Below are positions 1-10,464 of a stretch of DNA of 64,000 nucleotides, one piece after another. The position numbers and the translations under genes are program-made. Position 1 is the stretch's first letter. Every line of letters starts with the position of its first letter. The stretch is from a virus, in the IMG/VR virus record IMGVR_UViG_3300042546_000155; one strand, written 5' to 3'. The notes beneath the pieces were generated by a model. That model made no database searches. It was not told where the DNA came from and saw nothing but the letters and a program-made list of their open reading frames with translations.

Positions 1-1829
1 GTTCTAACAGCCACGAAATTAAGATGAATATAATTGATAGAACGTGCTGGCTTAACATAAATGTCTCCGACAAATTCATTACGGTCAACGACCTCTGGTG
101 TATTGTTTGTTTCGTCGCAAACTACACGGTAGTCATAGATACCACGACGACCCTTAACATCACGAAGGAATGGTTCAATAAGGGCAACGAACTGGGCTCT
201 AGTAAACTCATCGTTAAACTCGAATAGAGAATACTTAGATGCTCTTGAAATTGACTTTTCGAGAACAATGAATAGACGACGAACATTCAAACGATCAAAT
301 GCTGATGGCTTGCTAACGAATGTCTTATCACCAAATAGAACAGTTCCCTCACCCTTGATGGTGATGACAGGATTGATACCAATCTGGTATAGATCGTCTC
401 TTTCAGACTTCTTTGGGTTCCATGCTAGTTTAGCAACATTCTTAATCTTACCACGGTTTAGACCAGCAGGTGACCACCATGGATCGTTAGTGTAGTCTGT
501 TCTAGCACACAGACCGGCAATGTCAGGATTTAGAGGAGTCCAACGATAAACATCGTTATACTTGTCATACTGGCGCTTCCATCCGGAGTCAACAAATACA
601 TAGCTTGATGAAATGTTGAACTGACTATTTGCCCATGATTTAATGTTATTTAACTCGAAACCTGCCTTGTTAACAACTGCTGTCTGTGGAGGTGATACAA
701 ATACAACACAGTCTTTTCTACCGCCTGTTGCAATGATACCATATGAATCGTCATCATTGAATGTTCCACCATCAACAATATTTTCAACCACATACTTTGA
801 AACTAAGTAATCGTGGTGACCAGTGACAATTAGGCTTACATCTGCTTCATCCATGTTTCCAAACTTATCATATGCTCTCATAATATCGCCAGTTGTTGCG
901 TCAGGTGATACACCATTTCTTGTCTGCATTGAGTAGGTATAGTAGGTCTGATGGAAGGTTCTAAGAGAATCCTGAGTCCATGATGGATTGCCCTGTGCAT
1001 CCTGAGTTGCAATTTCATCAACAGTCTTACCCCAGGTTGTTGTTTCGGCAACACCTGTTGTATTGTTTGATGCAGTATTGATTGCATAGATGTAGTTTGA
1101 CTGATTCTGTAGAACATCAACATAATAGTTTGATGTGCCATCAGGGTTCTTAGCATCTTTTGCCTTTGATACATAAGCAAACTTTTCTAGAACTGTATTA
1201 GCAGTTCCTGAGAATTTACCTGTAGAATCGATAACTAGAATATGCATTTCATCATGAATAGGAACTTGTCTGGTTTGTTGTAGAGCATAATCAGAAGTTC
1301 CTGGCTTTGAAGGGAATAGGTTCTTATACTTCCAAGCATTCCAGGCAGCTACGTTACCAGATACATAAGATGTTGCGAATAGTTCAATTCTGATGCCGTT
1401 ACCGTGAGTACCAGGATATCTTGCAGCGAACATGCCTGCTGTATTAGCTGCACCCAGTGACAAGGTTCTGCTCATATCAGCAAAATTGATTTCATATTCA
1501 TCTGGGTTCTTAATAAGTTCTGTAGATGTACCTGTGGTAGCATTTCTTAGAAGCGTATTAGCAGCACGAACGATTGTTAGATCGGCGCCGTATGAAAGAA
1601 AGTTTGCAGCAGCAAAGAATGACTGAATCTGGTTCTGTCTATTAACATTTGATGATGGCTTACCGAAAACTCTAACTAGGCTATCCTCGTCACTAACCTT
1701 AAAAAGTGTATCGACAGGACCCCAATCGAACTCACCGACAAGAGCGCCGCCGGAAGTTGCAACTGAGGGAACAATGGTCGTTAAATCAATTTCAGACCAT
1801 GTCACACCTGGGGAAAGATTATATGCCAT
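1..1829 (-). CDS. gp18: Tail sheath protein (runs off window start; absent from ORF track)
   Basis: ATG at 1829 after an AGGAG SD reads MAYNLSPGVTWSEIDLTTIVPSVATSGGALVGEFDWGPVD...AANFLSYG, the typical T4-like gp18 N-terminus. Later PWWSPAGLNRG and SAFDRLNVRRLF motifs. Directly follows gp17. Confidence 0.96.
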   Translation of the reverse strand, partial: MAYNLSPGVTWSEIDLTTIVPSVATSGGALVGEFDWGPVDTLFKVSDEDSLVRVFGKPSSNVNRQNQIQSFFAAANFLSYGADLTIVRAANTLLRNATTGTSTELIKNPDEYEINFADMSRTLSLGAANTAGMFAARYPGTHGNGIRIELFATSYVSGNVAAWNAWKYKNLFPSKPGTSDYALQQTRQVPIHDEMHILVIDSTGKFSGTANTVLEKFAYVSKAKDAKNPDGTSNYYVDVLQNQSNYIYAINTASNNTTGVAETTTWGKTVDEIATQDAQGNPSWTQDSLRTFHQTYYTYSMQTRNGVSPDATTGDIMRAYDKFGNMDEADVSLIVTGHHDYLVSKYVVENIVDGGTFNDDDSYGIIATGGRKDCVVFVSPPQTAVVNKAGFELNNIKSWANSQFNISSSYVFVDSGWKRQYDKYNDVYRWTPLNPDIAGLCARTDYTNDPWWSPAGLNRGKIKNVAKLAWNPKKSERDDLYQIGINPVITIKGEGTVLFGDKTFVSKPSAFDRLNVRRLFIVLEKSISRASKYSLFEFNDEFTRAQFVALIEPFLRDVKGRRGIYDYRVVCDETNNTPEVVDRNEFVGDIYVKPARSINYIHLNFVAVR

Positions 1830-1874
1830 TTTTAACTCCTTTATAGGTTGGAATGGTGTGTATCCATTTAACCT

Positions 1875-1882
1875 TATTTAGT
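1875..1882 (-). promoter_or_regulatory. T4-type late promoter variant (ACTAAATA) upstream of gp18
   Basis: Intergenic match to the gp55 -10 element TATAAATA; NNTAAATA recurs upstream of many late genes here. Confidence 0.6.
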
Positions 1883-1903
1883 ATTTTGATGTTTTTCCGA
1901 AAC

Positions 1904-3571
1904 TTACAGTCTCGGATCCCATCTGTCATTATAGTATAGGCCTTCTTTATCCACCTTATACCATGAGTCACCAGTAGCATCTTGTTCCACCACTTCATCC
2001 AAACCGTTATCAATGAAACCGAATGGCACATTTTCCACATCTTGTAAGTATGATTGCTCTCTTTGTAGAGCATATCTGATATCATTTGAAACTGTTTCTT
2101 TAAATAATTTCTGTGCAGTCAACCAACCAAAATGAACCAAAGTCATCGCCATGTCATCGTTTGATCCTTCTTCTGCCTTGAAGGTCTTTTTATCGGCAGA
2201 GAATGAAAACAATTCTGTAATCGTGTCTTCATCATTCAGAATGAGTTTATCATTTTCGACAAGAGTTTTAAGGTTGGCACAGCCAATCATCTTAGATTGT
2301 GCTGTCATTTTAAGACCAAATGCTAACTTGTTCTTACCAGCAGCAAAGCCACTTGATGCTTGTGTACCTTGCTTGCCTTTGGTTTGAAACTTTAGCAAGT
2401 TTTCGTAATTCAATTCATAATGAAGAATGTCTGCAACTTGCAAACCAATCGAATTGATTTCAACAAGAACAAATGCCTCGTTATACTTCATGCCAGCAGA
2501 ATATACAACCGCTGGTAAAAGCATAGGGCTGATTTCATTGTTTCTGTATTTAGCTACCTGACGATAAGGTATTTCAGTAACATCGAATATGGAGAATGCT
2601 GAGTAATCTAGTCCCTGTCCCTCGGCAACATCAACGGTCAAAACATATGTGTGTTTAGGAATAGGTTCTTCGAATACTTCCATACATTCCATACGACGAA
2701 TAGGCTCTTTCCAGTGCAACGATGCAAGTTTAGCACCATTGATAAGTGTGTTAGATGAACCTAAGAACTCACAACCAAACTCTTGGTCGAACTGTCTTTG
2801 TGAGGTGTTTCGAATCGTTTCTTGCGCCCATGCTTCGTCTCTACCCGGCACCATGCTCCAGTGAATTTCAATAGGCATATATGTGCTAGTCTTTTCGACG
2901 GCTTTCGTCCACATCTTATAGAACAAGTTCATGCCGTTAGGTGTAGAGACGATAACGACCTTAGAAGTTTTACCAGATGAAATAGTAGGATATGTAGAAT
3001 TAAAGAAGTCCTCAGCAATATTATTCGGTACGAACGCAAACTCGTCTAGAAAGATTAGGTTGAATGAGAAACCACGGACGGAACTACCTGAGGTAGAGTC
3101 GGCTAGAACTCTCGAACCGTTGGCGAGATAAATGGATCCTTTGTTCCACTCTTTGATGCCCTGTTTTAGAAACATTGGCAAGTATTCGAAGGCTAGCTTA
3201 AGTTTGCCAAGTAGTTCTCTAGCAGTCGGTGCACGGTTAGCAAGAATAGCGACAACAAAGTTCTCGTTAAACAAGACTTGGTGAAGGATATACGCTACCG
3301 ATGTAGTAGACTTACCGACCTGACGAGGTAGTTTACAGATAGAGAAACGATTGTCGTGGAATGTTTGCAGCATTCTTTCCTGGAAGTCCCACATTTCGAA
3401 TGGGATCAAACCACGGTCAACGTTAATGATCTTGATATACTTGCGAGCAAAATAAACAGGATCTTCGGCACACTTTAGATACTCATCTAGTTCTTTTTGA
3501 GTAAAAGAATGACGATACTGCTCATTAGGCAGATTGGGATTATTCTGGTAGCTGTAAGGTGTCCTTGCCAT
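1904..3571 (-). CDS. gp17: Terminase large subunit
   Basis: Walker A region KLPRQVGKST, Walker B LIFLDEFAF, coupling motif IVSTPNG, nuclease VDVAEG and DDMAM. No intein visible. Confidence 0.97.
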   Translation of the reverse strand: MARTPYSYQNNPNLPNEQYRHSFTQKELDEYLKCAEDPVYFARKYIKIINVDRGLIPFEMWDFQERMLQTFHDNRFSICKLPRQVGKSTTSVAYILHQVLFNENFVVAILANRAPTARELLGKLKLAFEYLPMFLKQGIKEWNKGSIYLANGSRVLADSTSGSSVRGFSFNLIFLDEFAFVPNNIAEDFFNSTYPTISSGKTSKVVIVSTPNGMNLFYKMWTKAVEKTSTYMPIEIHWSMVPGRDEAWAQETIRNTSQRQFDQEFGCEFLGSSNTLINGAKLASLHWKEPIRRMECMEVFEEPIPKHTYVLTVDVAEGQGLDYSAFSIFDVTEIPYRQVAKYRNNEISPMLLPAVVYSAGMKYNEAFVLVEINSIGLQVADILHYELNYENLLKFQTKGKQGTQASSGFAAGKNKLAFGLKMTAQSKMIGCANLKTLVENDKLILNDEDTITELFSFSADKKTFKAEEGSNDDMAMTLVHFGWLTAQKLFKETVSNDIRYALQREQSYLQDVENVPFGFIDNGLDEVVEQDATGDSWYKVDKEGLYYNDRWDPRL

Positions 3572-4007
3572 CTTGCTCTTTCTTGTTCTTTATGGCAGAT
3601 AACAACTCTGCGGTAGAACCCACAAAAACTGCTTGTTCAACATTAATATGTCCCTCGGCGTTTTTCTTGCGAGGATCCGAATCAGGATCAGGTTCTTTAA
3701 GATCCCTTTTCATTTTCTGTAGATTATATAGGTCTTTAGATGTTTCACCGACCGTCTTGATTAGGTTGGCAACTACCTCAAAGCCTCTTGCTGATTCGTT
3801 TTGTCTAGCAATAGTAGAGATATCTTCAAGGGCATCGTTACCCTTTTCGATAAGATTACGGAGGGTATTTCTGACTAGTTTATAGTCTGCGTCTTGATCT
3901 TCTTCTGCTGGCAATTGTTCATATACAACAACTTCCTTGCTTGGCTCATTTTTTGTTTCTTCAACCTTATGCTCAATACCTAGTGCGTCAGATAAGTTCT
4001 TTGTCAT
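3540..4007 (-). CDS. gp16: Terminase small subunit
   Basis: DADYKLVRNTLRNLIEKG...ARGFEVVANLIK...AVFVGSTAELL; overlaps the gp17 start. Confidence 0.93.
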   Translation of the reverse strand: MTKNLSDALGIEHKVEETKNEPSKEVVVYEQLPAEEDQDADYKLVRNTLRNLIEKGNDALEDISTIARQNESARGFEVVANLIKTVGETSKDLYNLQKMKRDLKEPDPDSDPRKKNAEGHINVEQAVFVGSTAELLSAIKNKKEQDGKDTLQLPE

Positions 4008-4020
4008 GTCTCACTTCCAA

Positions 4021-4647
4021 TTATGTAACTAAGAATGTCATTCCATATGCATTTTCAGCATCGATAGTAAAGTAGTTCGATTTGCTAATTGTGGTATAGG
4101 TATTTTGTAGGTAACCAATTGTTGTGCTTCTAGTATCATTGTTAGAGCGAGCAAATGTAGCAGTTGTATTGGTAATACCAATAACAGCATTTGCTACCGC
4201 ACCGTCTTGATTGAACATAGCAACCCAAATCTGTCTAGACTTGACAGTTGTATTAGCTACCACACCAATTGAACTATTAGCAACCCACTCGGTAACATTA
4301 GAGAATTGTTGATTAAAACCTCTCAATGCGACACAATTAATATTACCTCCACCAGATACAAAGACGGTTGAATTTGACTCGTCAATGCCTCTTTTCTTAT
4401 ATGCAAGCAATCTACCAGAACCCGAACCATTAACGGCGGTTGTGGTATTAGAATATATTGTATTCCAATCTGCTGGCAATTCTGGAACTGTTAAGTTATC
4501 TGCTACAGCAAATACAACCAGTGTATCACCTGCATAACCGCTTGGATACTCAAAAGTTATATTCTCTACAACTCTTTCAGAAGTCATAGTTTGTCCAACA
4601 AATTTTGGGTTGTTACCTAGTCCAACTAATGTCTGTTGAATTGCCAT
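4021..4647 (-). CDS. Putative virion/fibre-associated beta-rich protein
   Basis: 208 aa, translationally coupled (TAATG) to the upstream fibre gene; beta-strand-rich. Confidence 0.5.
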   Translation of the reverse strand: MAIQQTLVGLGNNPKFVGQTMTSERVVENITFEYPSGYAGDTLVVFAVADNLTVPELPADWNTIYSNTTTAVNGSGSGRLLAYKKRGIDESNSTVFVSGGGNINCVALRGFNQQFSNVTEWVANSSIGVVANTTVKSRQIWVAMFNQDGAVANAVIGITNTTATFARSNNDTRSTTIGYLQNTYTTISKSNYFTIDAENAYGMTFLVT

Positions 4648-6950
4648 TATGACAAACCAGCTCCTGATACGGCAAATGTATTAGCACGGACACAGATAAG
4701 AGTTGCGAGTCCATAATTGCTCAACAATCTATTTCCTGTATCGTTGGTACCGGATAGAAGTAGCGTAACATTGTTGTTCTGTGTAATCGTCAATGATGTT
4801 GCGGTATTGTTGAAGATGCTTACTGTCTGACCGGTGGCAAATACAGAGTTTACGATAAACACATTAGCACCGGGTGCATCAACAGAAATCAACTTACCGG
4901 TATCAGCCAATGTTAGAATATATGATGCAGGCTGACTATTAACTGGCAAATCTCTTAGCGGACCGTTAACATCAGATACATAACCATTTACATATAGACT
5001 GCCTTCAAGACTTGCATTTGTATTAGGTAGAGAATTGTTTGCTGTATTAAATGCAGCAGTAATGGTAGTACCGAATGTGTTAACTGTTACCGCTGCGTAG
5101 TTAGCAATGTTGAATGATGTATTAGAAATGGTTGAAATTACATTCAACTGTCCATATGAAGCGATTGTAGTTGCGGCAACATTATATGCATACTCATATG
5201 TCGAGTTAGCAAAGTTAGATCCGTTATTAGCTAGAATGTATGCGGCATTGGCTCTATCGAATGCAGGACCAGGATAACCGAACTCACTAGCAATTGTATT
5301 AGCACGGTTATATGCACTGTTAGCAACATCATAAGATGAGTTGGCATGAAGGAATGCAGCATTAGTATTAGCAATGACACCATAAACAAGAGCATTACTT
5401 GTATTAGCTAGATCAAACACAACAGTTGTGGTGGCAGCCACATTGTATGAGAAGCTATTAACAGTGTTTGCAAATGTGAATGATGCAATAGCATTGACTA
5501 GAGCGGAATTTGCTGTATCATTTGCTAGGTTTGCTCTCTCAAATGCTCCGGTGAATGCAGCAAGGGCGATAGTATTGACACTAAGTCCACCAAGGAAGTT
5601 ATTAACATTGGTATTGGCAGCCTGAGCGATTGCTAGAGCGTTTGCTGTATTAGATGCTGTAACTGTAATAGTATTGCTAAATGAGTTGAGTGTATTACCG
5701 AACTCATATGCCAATAGAGAAACAGCACCACCGTCTAGGCTATAGACGAAAGAGTTTGCGGCAGTTGCAGCGATATATGCGGCAGTTGCTAGATCAAATG
5801 TTTGATATCCGAATGTATTGACAGTATTAACTAGATTTGAAACGGCATTAACTCTTTCATCTACCAATGTAATTCTGTCATTACATGTATTGGCTTCATC
5901 AAATGCAGCAATAGCAATTGTTGGGAACTTATATTCTAGAGTGAATGATGAAAGACTATTTGCTAGATCATAAACGGTGTTTAGTGTAGCATAGACATTC
6001 TGAGAATAACCGTTTGAGGTATTAGCAACATTGAATAGCTGGTTGATTCTAAACTCTAGTCCATCGGAACGAGTATTAACAGTATTGGAAGCATTGAAAA
6101 CAATAGCCACACTGTTAGCAACATCGGATACATATGTATTTACCGTATTTGCATAATCAAAGGCAGCATTTGTTCTGTCTGATACTTCGGCAACAGTAGC
6201 GGCTAAGCCTGCGCCAGATGTAAGCGAAAGATTGTTAGCAAATGCGAAAGCGGCTACAGCAACATTAGATGTGTCGTTAGCAAAAGCAAATGCAGCATTC
6301 GCCTGGTCATATACTGTATTGACTCTGGTATCCAGATCACCATTTGTAAGTGAATAAGCATATGCATTAACCGAATTGGCAAATGTATAAACATTAGCAA
6401 CATCGGAATTTGTGGCCGATGTAATGGTGACAAGTGTATTGGCTAGATCATAAGCATATGATAGAGTGGTGCTAACAAGTCCTGTTTGTAATAGGGCACT
6501 GTTGGCAAAGTTATATGCTGTATTTGATTGATCATATGCAGCACTAAGTTTAGAGCCAAATGTATTAGCATAATCAAAAGATGCTTGTGATGTTGCATAA
6601 GCAAGGTTCGATTGATTGTAAGATACAGTAAAGTTGGCAGATAATGTCGATACAGTAGCATTAGATGAGTTGAGTGCGCCTTGAAGCGTAGTAATACTAT
6701 CAAGTGCATTTCCGATAGAAATGAATGCTGTATTAGAAAGATCCGATAATGTATTAGCAGCCAGGGCAGTATTGTTTGCTAATCCATATACAGATGTTAC
6801 AGTGTTTGAGGTATCGTTAGCAAAAGCAAATGCTGATATTACTGTATTTGATGAATCGTTTGCAAGTGCATATGAGCTATTAGCGGTTGTGTAAGCCGCA
6901 TTAGCTGTATCATATGCTGAATTTGCTGTATCGAAAATTGGGTCTGCCAT
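4647..6950 (-). CDS. Coiled-coil fibre protein with A[FY]DxAN heptad repeats and a C-terminal head domain
   Basis: Dozens of A[FY]xxAN repeats; C-terminus YILTLADTGKLISV...GQTVSIFN...ATLICV resembles phage fibre tip domains. Confidence 0.65.
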   Translation of the reverse strand: MADPIFDTANSAYDTANAAYTTANSSYALANDSSNTVISAFAFANDTSNTVTSVYGLANNTALAANTLSDLSNTAFISIGNALDSITTLQGALNSSNATVSTLSANFTVSYNQSNLAYATSQASFDYANTFGSKLSAAYDQSNTAYNFANSALLQTGLVSTTLSYAYDLANTLVTITSATNSDVANVYTFANSVNAYAYSLTNGDLDTRVNTVYDQANAAFAFANDTSNVAVAAFAFANNLSLTSGAGLAATVAEVSDRTNAAFDYANTVNTYVSDVANSVAIVFNASNTVNTRSDGLEFRINQLFNVANTSNGYSQNVYATLNTVYDLANSLSSFTLEYKFPTIAIAAFDEANTCNDRITLVDERVNAVSNLVNTVNTFGYQTFDLATAAYIAATAANSFVYSLDGGAVSLLAYEFGNTLNSFSNTITVTASNTANALAIAQAANTNVNNFLGGLSVNTIALAAFTGAFERANLANDTANSALVNAIASFTFANTVNSFSYNVAATTTVVFDLANTSNALVYGVIANTNAAFLHANSSYDVANSAYNRANTIASEFGYPGPAFDRANAAYILANNGSNFANSTYEYAYNVAATTIASYGQLNVISTISNTSFNIANYAAVTVNTFGTTITAAFNTANNSLPNTNASLEGSLYVNGYVSDVNGPLRDLPVNSQPASYILTLADTGKLISVDAPGANVFIVNSVFATGQTVSIFNNTATSLTITQNNNVTLLLSGTNDTGNRLLSNYGLATLICVRANTFAVSGAGLS

Positions 6951-6955
6951 TTAAA

Positions 6956-8536
6956 TTATCCTATCTTCTTCTTTAATTCATCAATTTCAGCCATTAGTCC
7001 TTTGATTGCTTCTACTAACACAGGAACTATCTTTTCTTCTCTTACTGTCAAATATGGGTTTTCAGGATCATAGTTGATGCCTTCTCTAGGAATCAATCTG
7101 TCACCATCCTTATTAGTATATTGTAGCATTTGAATTGCTGCTGCCTGTGGAAGAACCTCTTGAACTTCCTGTGCAACCAAACCAACTTCGATGCCAGTAT
7201 TAGTTTCATCCAAAAGTTTGTTGCCGATATCATTCCATTCATAACGATAACCATTTATACCATTAAGAATTGTGCGCCAATCAGTAATCTTAGTAAGGTT
7301 CTTCTTAAGTCTTCTATCCGACCAATAAGCAGTAATATTGCCGTTTGTGTAGAAGTTGCCAGCGCCTTCGAAAATAGCTCTAGTACCATTGTCTTGTGTG
7401 CCGAATCTAATCCACCACTGATTTGTAAAGCTTCCTGAAATCCAGGTTGCACCACCATTACTGAAATGGAATCTAACGAAATTATCTGGATATGATCTAA
7501 CCCACTGATCGTTGTTTAGCTCAAGGACATTCAATCTAGTTCCAGCAGATGGATCAACATAATAGTTGATGTTGTTTCTATCTCTAATAGAACTTACTTG
7601 AACTTCGTTTAGAATTGAAGTTCCCGCAGGATCGAGTAAGAAAGTCTGATTATCTTGATCAAGGAATCTTCTTCCAACAATATCACCAAACGAACGAATA
7701 TAATTAACATCAAGGTTAGCTAGTTTAGAATTGCCATTAGGATCAACTCGGTAATCTTGATTGTTTAGATCGATCAAGAGAGGAGCGTAAACGGCATTAG
7801 AGCAAGTCATATTAACAAAACTTGTTCTTTCGAATGCGGCATTTGCTTTAATGAATGCAGCGTTAGCATGTCTAAAGACTGTTGAATTGGGTGGTAATGC
7901 TTGCAATGCTATCAATACATTGTTAGAATGTAGGAATGCGGCATTAGCATGTGTGCGAGCCGTGTTAGCGTTAATATAACCAGCATTCGCATGGGTTCTT
8001 GCCGTATTGGCGTTTATGTATGCTGAGTTGGCATGATCCCTAGTAACATTTGCTCTTCCGAATGCATTGTTAGAATGTGAGAATGCCGCATTAGCATTGA
8101 AATACGCTGAGTTTGCATGACGGAATATAACAGTATTCGCTCTAGCAAAAAGATTGTTAGAGTGATTGAAAACGGTATTAGCATTGAAATATGCAGCATT
8201 AGCATGACGCCAAACGGTGTTTGTTGTCGCAAAGGCATCGTTTGCCTTAAAGTATGCTAGATTGGCGGTGCGAAAAGCTAAAACAGTATTTTGTGATATT
8301 TGTGCGAAGCCACCGAATGTTAGATTTGCACGATCATATGCAGAGTTGGCGTGAGCCCATGCCAGATTAATTCTGTTGTTTGTGCTTCTACTAAATGAGT
8401 TAATTGTATTAACGGTATTAGTGCCGTTGGCAAACAATTCTTGAAAGTTGTCGTTTACTTTAATAAACGAATCTCTAAGTGTATCGCCTTTGCCGTCGTT
8501 AGCAACCGAACCTACATTTACTATTTGTCTGGTCAT
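6956..8536 (-). CDS. Fibre/spike protein: gp9/gp10-like N-terminus, heptad stalk, C-terminal peptidase S74 chaperone
   Basis: MTRQIVNVGSVANDGKGDTLRDSFIKVNDNFQEL (T4-like baseplate anchor motif); HANAAY repeats; AYWSDRRLKKN...GLVAQEV...LVEAIK. Confidence 0.8.
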   Translation of the reverse strand: MTRQIVNVGSVANDGKGDTLRDSFIKVNDNFQELFANGTNTVNTINSFSRSTNNRINLAWAHANSAYDRANLTFGGFAQISQNTVLAFRTANLAYFKANDAFATTNTVWRHANAAYFNANTVFNHSNNLFARANTVIFRHANSAYFNANAAFSHSNNAFGRANVTRDHANSAYINANTARTHANAGYINANTARTHANAAFLHSNNVLIALQALPPNSTVFRHANAAFIKANAAFERTSFVNMTCSNAVYAPLLIDLNNQDYRVDPNGNSKLANLDVNYIRSFGDIVGRRFLDQDNQTFLLDPAGTSILNEVQVSSIRDRNNINYYVDPSAGTRLNVLELNNDQWVRSYPDNFVRFHFSNGGATWISGSFTNQWWIRFGTQDNGTRAIFEGAGNFYTNGNITAYWSDRRLKKNLTKITDWRTILNGINGYRYEWNDIGNKLLDETNTGIEVGLVAQEVQEVLPQAAAIQMLQYTNKDGDRLIPREGINYDPENPYLTVREEKIVPVLVEAIKGLMAEIDELKKKIG

Positions 8537-8571
8537 GTTCTCTTAATCCGAGGTTATTTAAGTATATTTAG

Positions 8572-9570
8572 TTACCGTCTATACAAAGTTTCGCTATACC
8601 CATAATCGTCGCCGGGTTCAGAATTAATAGGATCGGGTGTATGTCTAATCATAAATGCATCTTCTACAGGTTGTTTCTGTGATATGATAGTGCATACCGC
8701 ATTGGATTCGGTGGCATGAACTCTGTTGTTAGCGAAGAATCTTCCTTCTGTGACATTAACAACAAGGCTGTGTGCATTAGCATTATATGATACCACTTTG
8801 CCGTATGCATTAGATGTTAGAGGATTATGTCCCTGATAGACCACATCACCTCTATTGAAGCTACCGTTTGCATTTGCAACATTCAATGTGGCAATATAGC
8901 CATTGTTTGTTATGATAGTGTTATCAGCAAACACTCTAGTATTAGCAGAAGTGATAATCTTGGGCGTTGTGATTGGGCCATAGAAATGCATCTTCATTGT
9001 GAAAGTGAGAGTCCAATATACATAACGAACTGAGTCAAAGTTGCCTTCGTATTGAATGTCGTTTGTTACTGAATTAAGAATTACAGGCACATCTTTTAGA
9101 AATCCTAGATCGGGAATCATGTTTGTTGTGACTGTGAAATCGGGATTGAAGAAAGGTAAAATCTGTTCTACAATATGTGTGCCATCATCAATGTTTCTTG
9201 CATAGATGTTCAAAGCGAATGTAATGTCATAAGGCACACCAACATACTGCGACTTAACAGATGATCCATTATTAGGTGCTACTGCCCTTAATGTAGAGTT
9301 TTGCTTGCGAGTAGGATCATATGAGATACCTGTAATCTCGAAACTCATTCTAGGAAGAATAGCTTGAAACTGTTTTAGTAGTGCTGGGTCGGACTCAATA
9401 CGAGTGACCATCTTCTCTTTAGGAGCATAGATGATCGGGACCAAGAAACGCTGTGTCTCTTTGCCTGTCTGATTATTCGTTCTAACTACAGTAATGTCAT
9501 CAAACAGTCTGCCAAATAGAATGACTGCTTTCTTAGTTAGTGAGTGATAAAACGGTGCATTACCTAGCAT
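8572..9570 (-). CDS. gp15: Tail sheath stabiliser / tail terminator
   Basis: FYHSLTKKAVILFGRLFDDI...VPIIYAPKEK...LPRMSFEI...QILPFFNP; synteny 13-14-15. Confidence 0.93.
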   Translation of the reverse strand: MLGNAPFYHSLTKKAVILFGRLFDDITVVRTNNQTGKETQRFLVPIIYAPKEKMVTRIESDPALLKQFQAILPRMSFEITGISYDPTRKQNSTLRAVAPNNGSSVKSQYVGVPYDITFALNIYARNIDDGTHIVEQILPFFNPDFTVTTNMIPDLGFLKDVPVILNSVTNDIQYEGNFDSVRYVYWTLTFTMKMHFYGPITTPKIITSANTRVFADNTIITNNGYIATLNVANANGSFNRGDVVYQGHNPLTSNAYGKVVSYNANAHSLVVNVTEGRFFANNRVHATESNAVCTIISQKQPVEDAFMIRHTPDPINSEPGDDYGYSETLYRR

Positions 9571-10463
9571 TACGGTGTTCCGAATGGATTGATTTCAGAT
9601 AGATCAAGAATAAGTTCTGTTGACTTGCCGAAATCATCGTTGTTAAAGAAATCTTGCATTACGAAATCACCAGTTGCATCTACACCGTTGGCGGTTGTAG
9701 AGAATATTGCCTGCGATGTATTACCATAAACATTAGCACTTGGGCTGAATGTGCCCATGATGTTGTGTAGAAGCATTGTTCCATTAGCTGCAAACCATTC
9801 AGAAACTTCGGCTGTAGCAGTAGCGTTTGCCCATGTTCCGTCTGGTGACTGATAAACAACCTCGTTATCACGGAATGATCCTGAACCAGATGTGTTTAGA
9901 GTTAGTTTAATTGTGTAGCCGTTATCTTCTTCGACTTGATCAATCTCACCAATGCCAGTATCAAAATCTTCTTCACTATAACGGAAGACTTCACAACGCA
10001 TTTCAAAGACGAATGGATGACGATTGCCCAATGAATAGAACATAAGTTTCTTTTCAATGAACTTAATCTCAAACATACGGTGTAATAGTGGTACCCAAAC
10101 AAGATCGCCCTCTTGTGGGCGTTCTCTAAGTGCTGATGGAACTATACGAGCAAATGAACGGCGTGAGATAACAAAGTTAGATGTATCTCTAATCTCTAGA
10201 CCAAACTTAGAGAAGAAATCATGATCACCTTCGTATCCTTCTGCATTGGCAATATATGCTTCAATGATGTAAGCATGTTTAAATTTGACCTTGGTAGTTT
10301 CACCAAAGATCATATCAACATTGTCTAGCGATTCTCTAGGAATGTAATAGCAATTATGTCCCATGATTTGAATAGATTCAACGATAACATCCTCCATAAG
10401 AGAATGCTCGTTTCCCAATCTATTCTGTGAGGGAAAGTTATTGAAATAACCGTTTACTGCCAT
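9570..10463 (-). CDS. gp14: Neck protein
   Basis: ESIQIMGHNCYYIPR...FFSKFGLEIRD...RPQEGDL...EINPFG. Confidence 0.93.
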   Translation of the reverse strand: MAVNGYFNNFPSQNRLGNEHSLMEDVIVESIQIMGHNCYYIPRESLDNVDMIFGETTKVKFKHAYIIEAYIANAEGYEGDHDFFSKFGLEIRDTSNFVISRRSFARIVPSALRERPQEGDLVWVPLLHRMFEIKFIEKKLMFYSLGNRHPFVFEMRCEVFRYSEEDFDTGIGEIDQVEEDNGYTIKLTLNTSGSGSFRDNEVVYQSPDGTWANATATAEVSEWFAANGTMLLHNIMGTFSPSANVYGNTSQAIFSTTANGVDATGDFVMQDFFNNDDFGKSTELILDLSEINPFGTP

Positions 10464-10464
10464 T

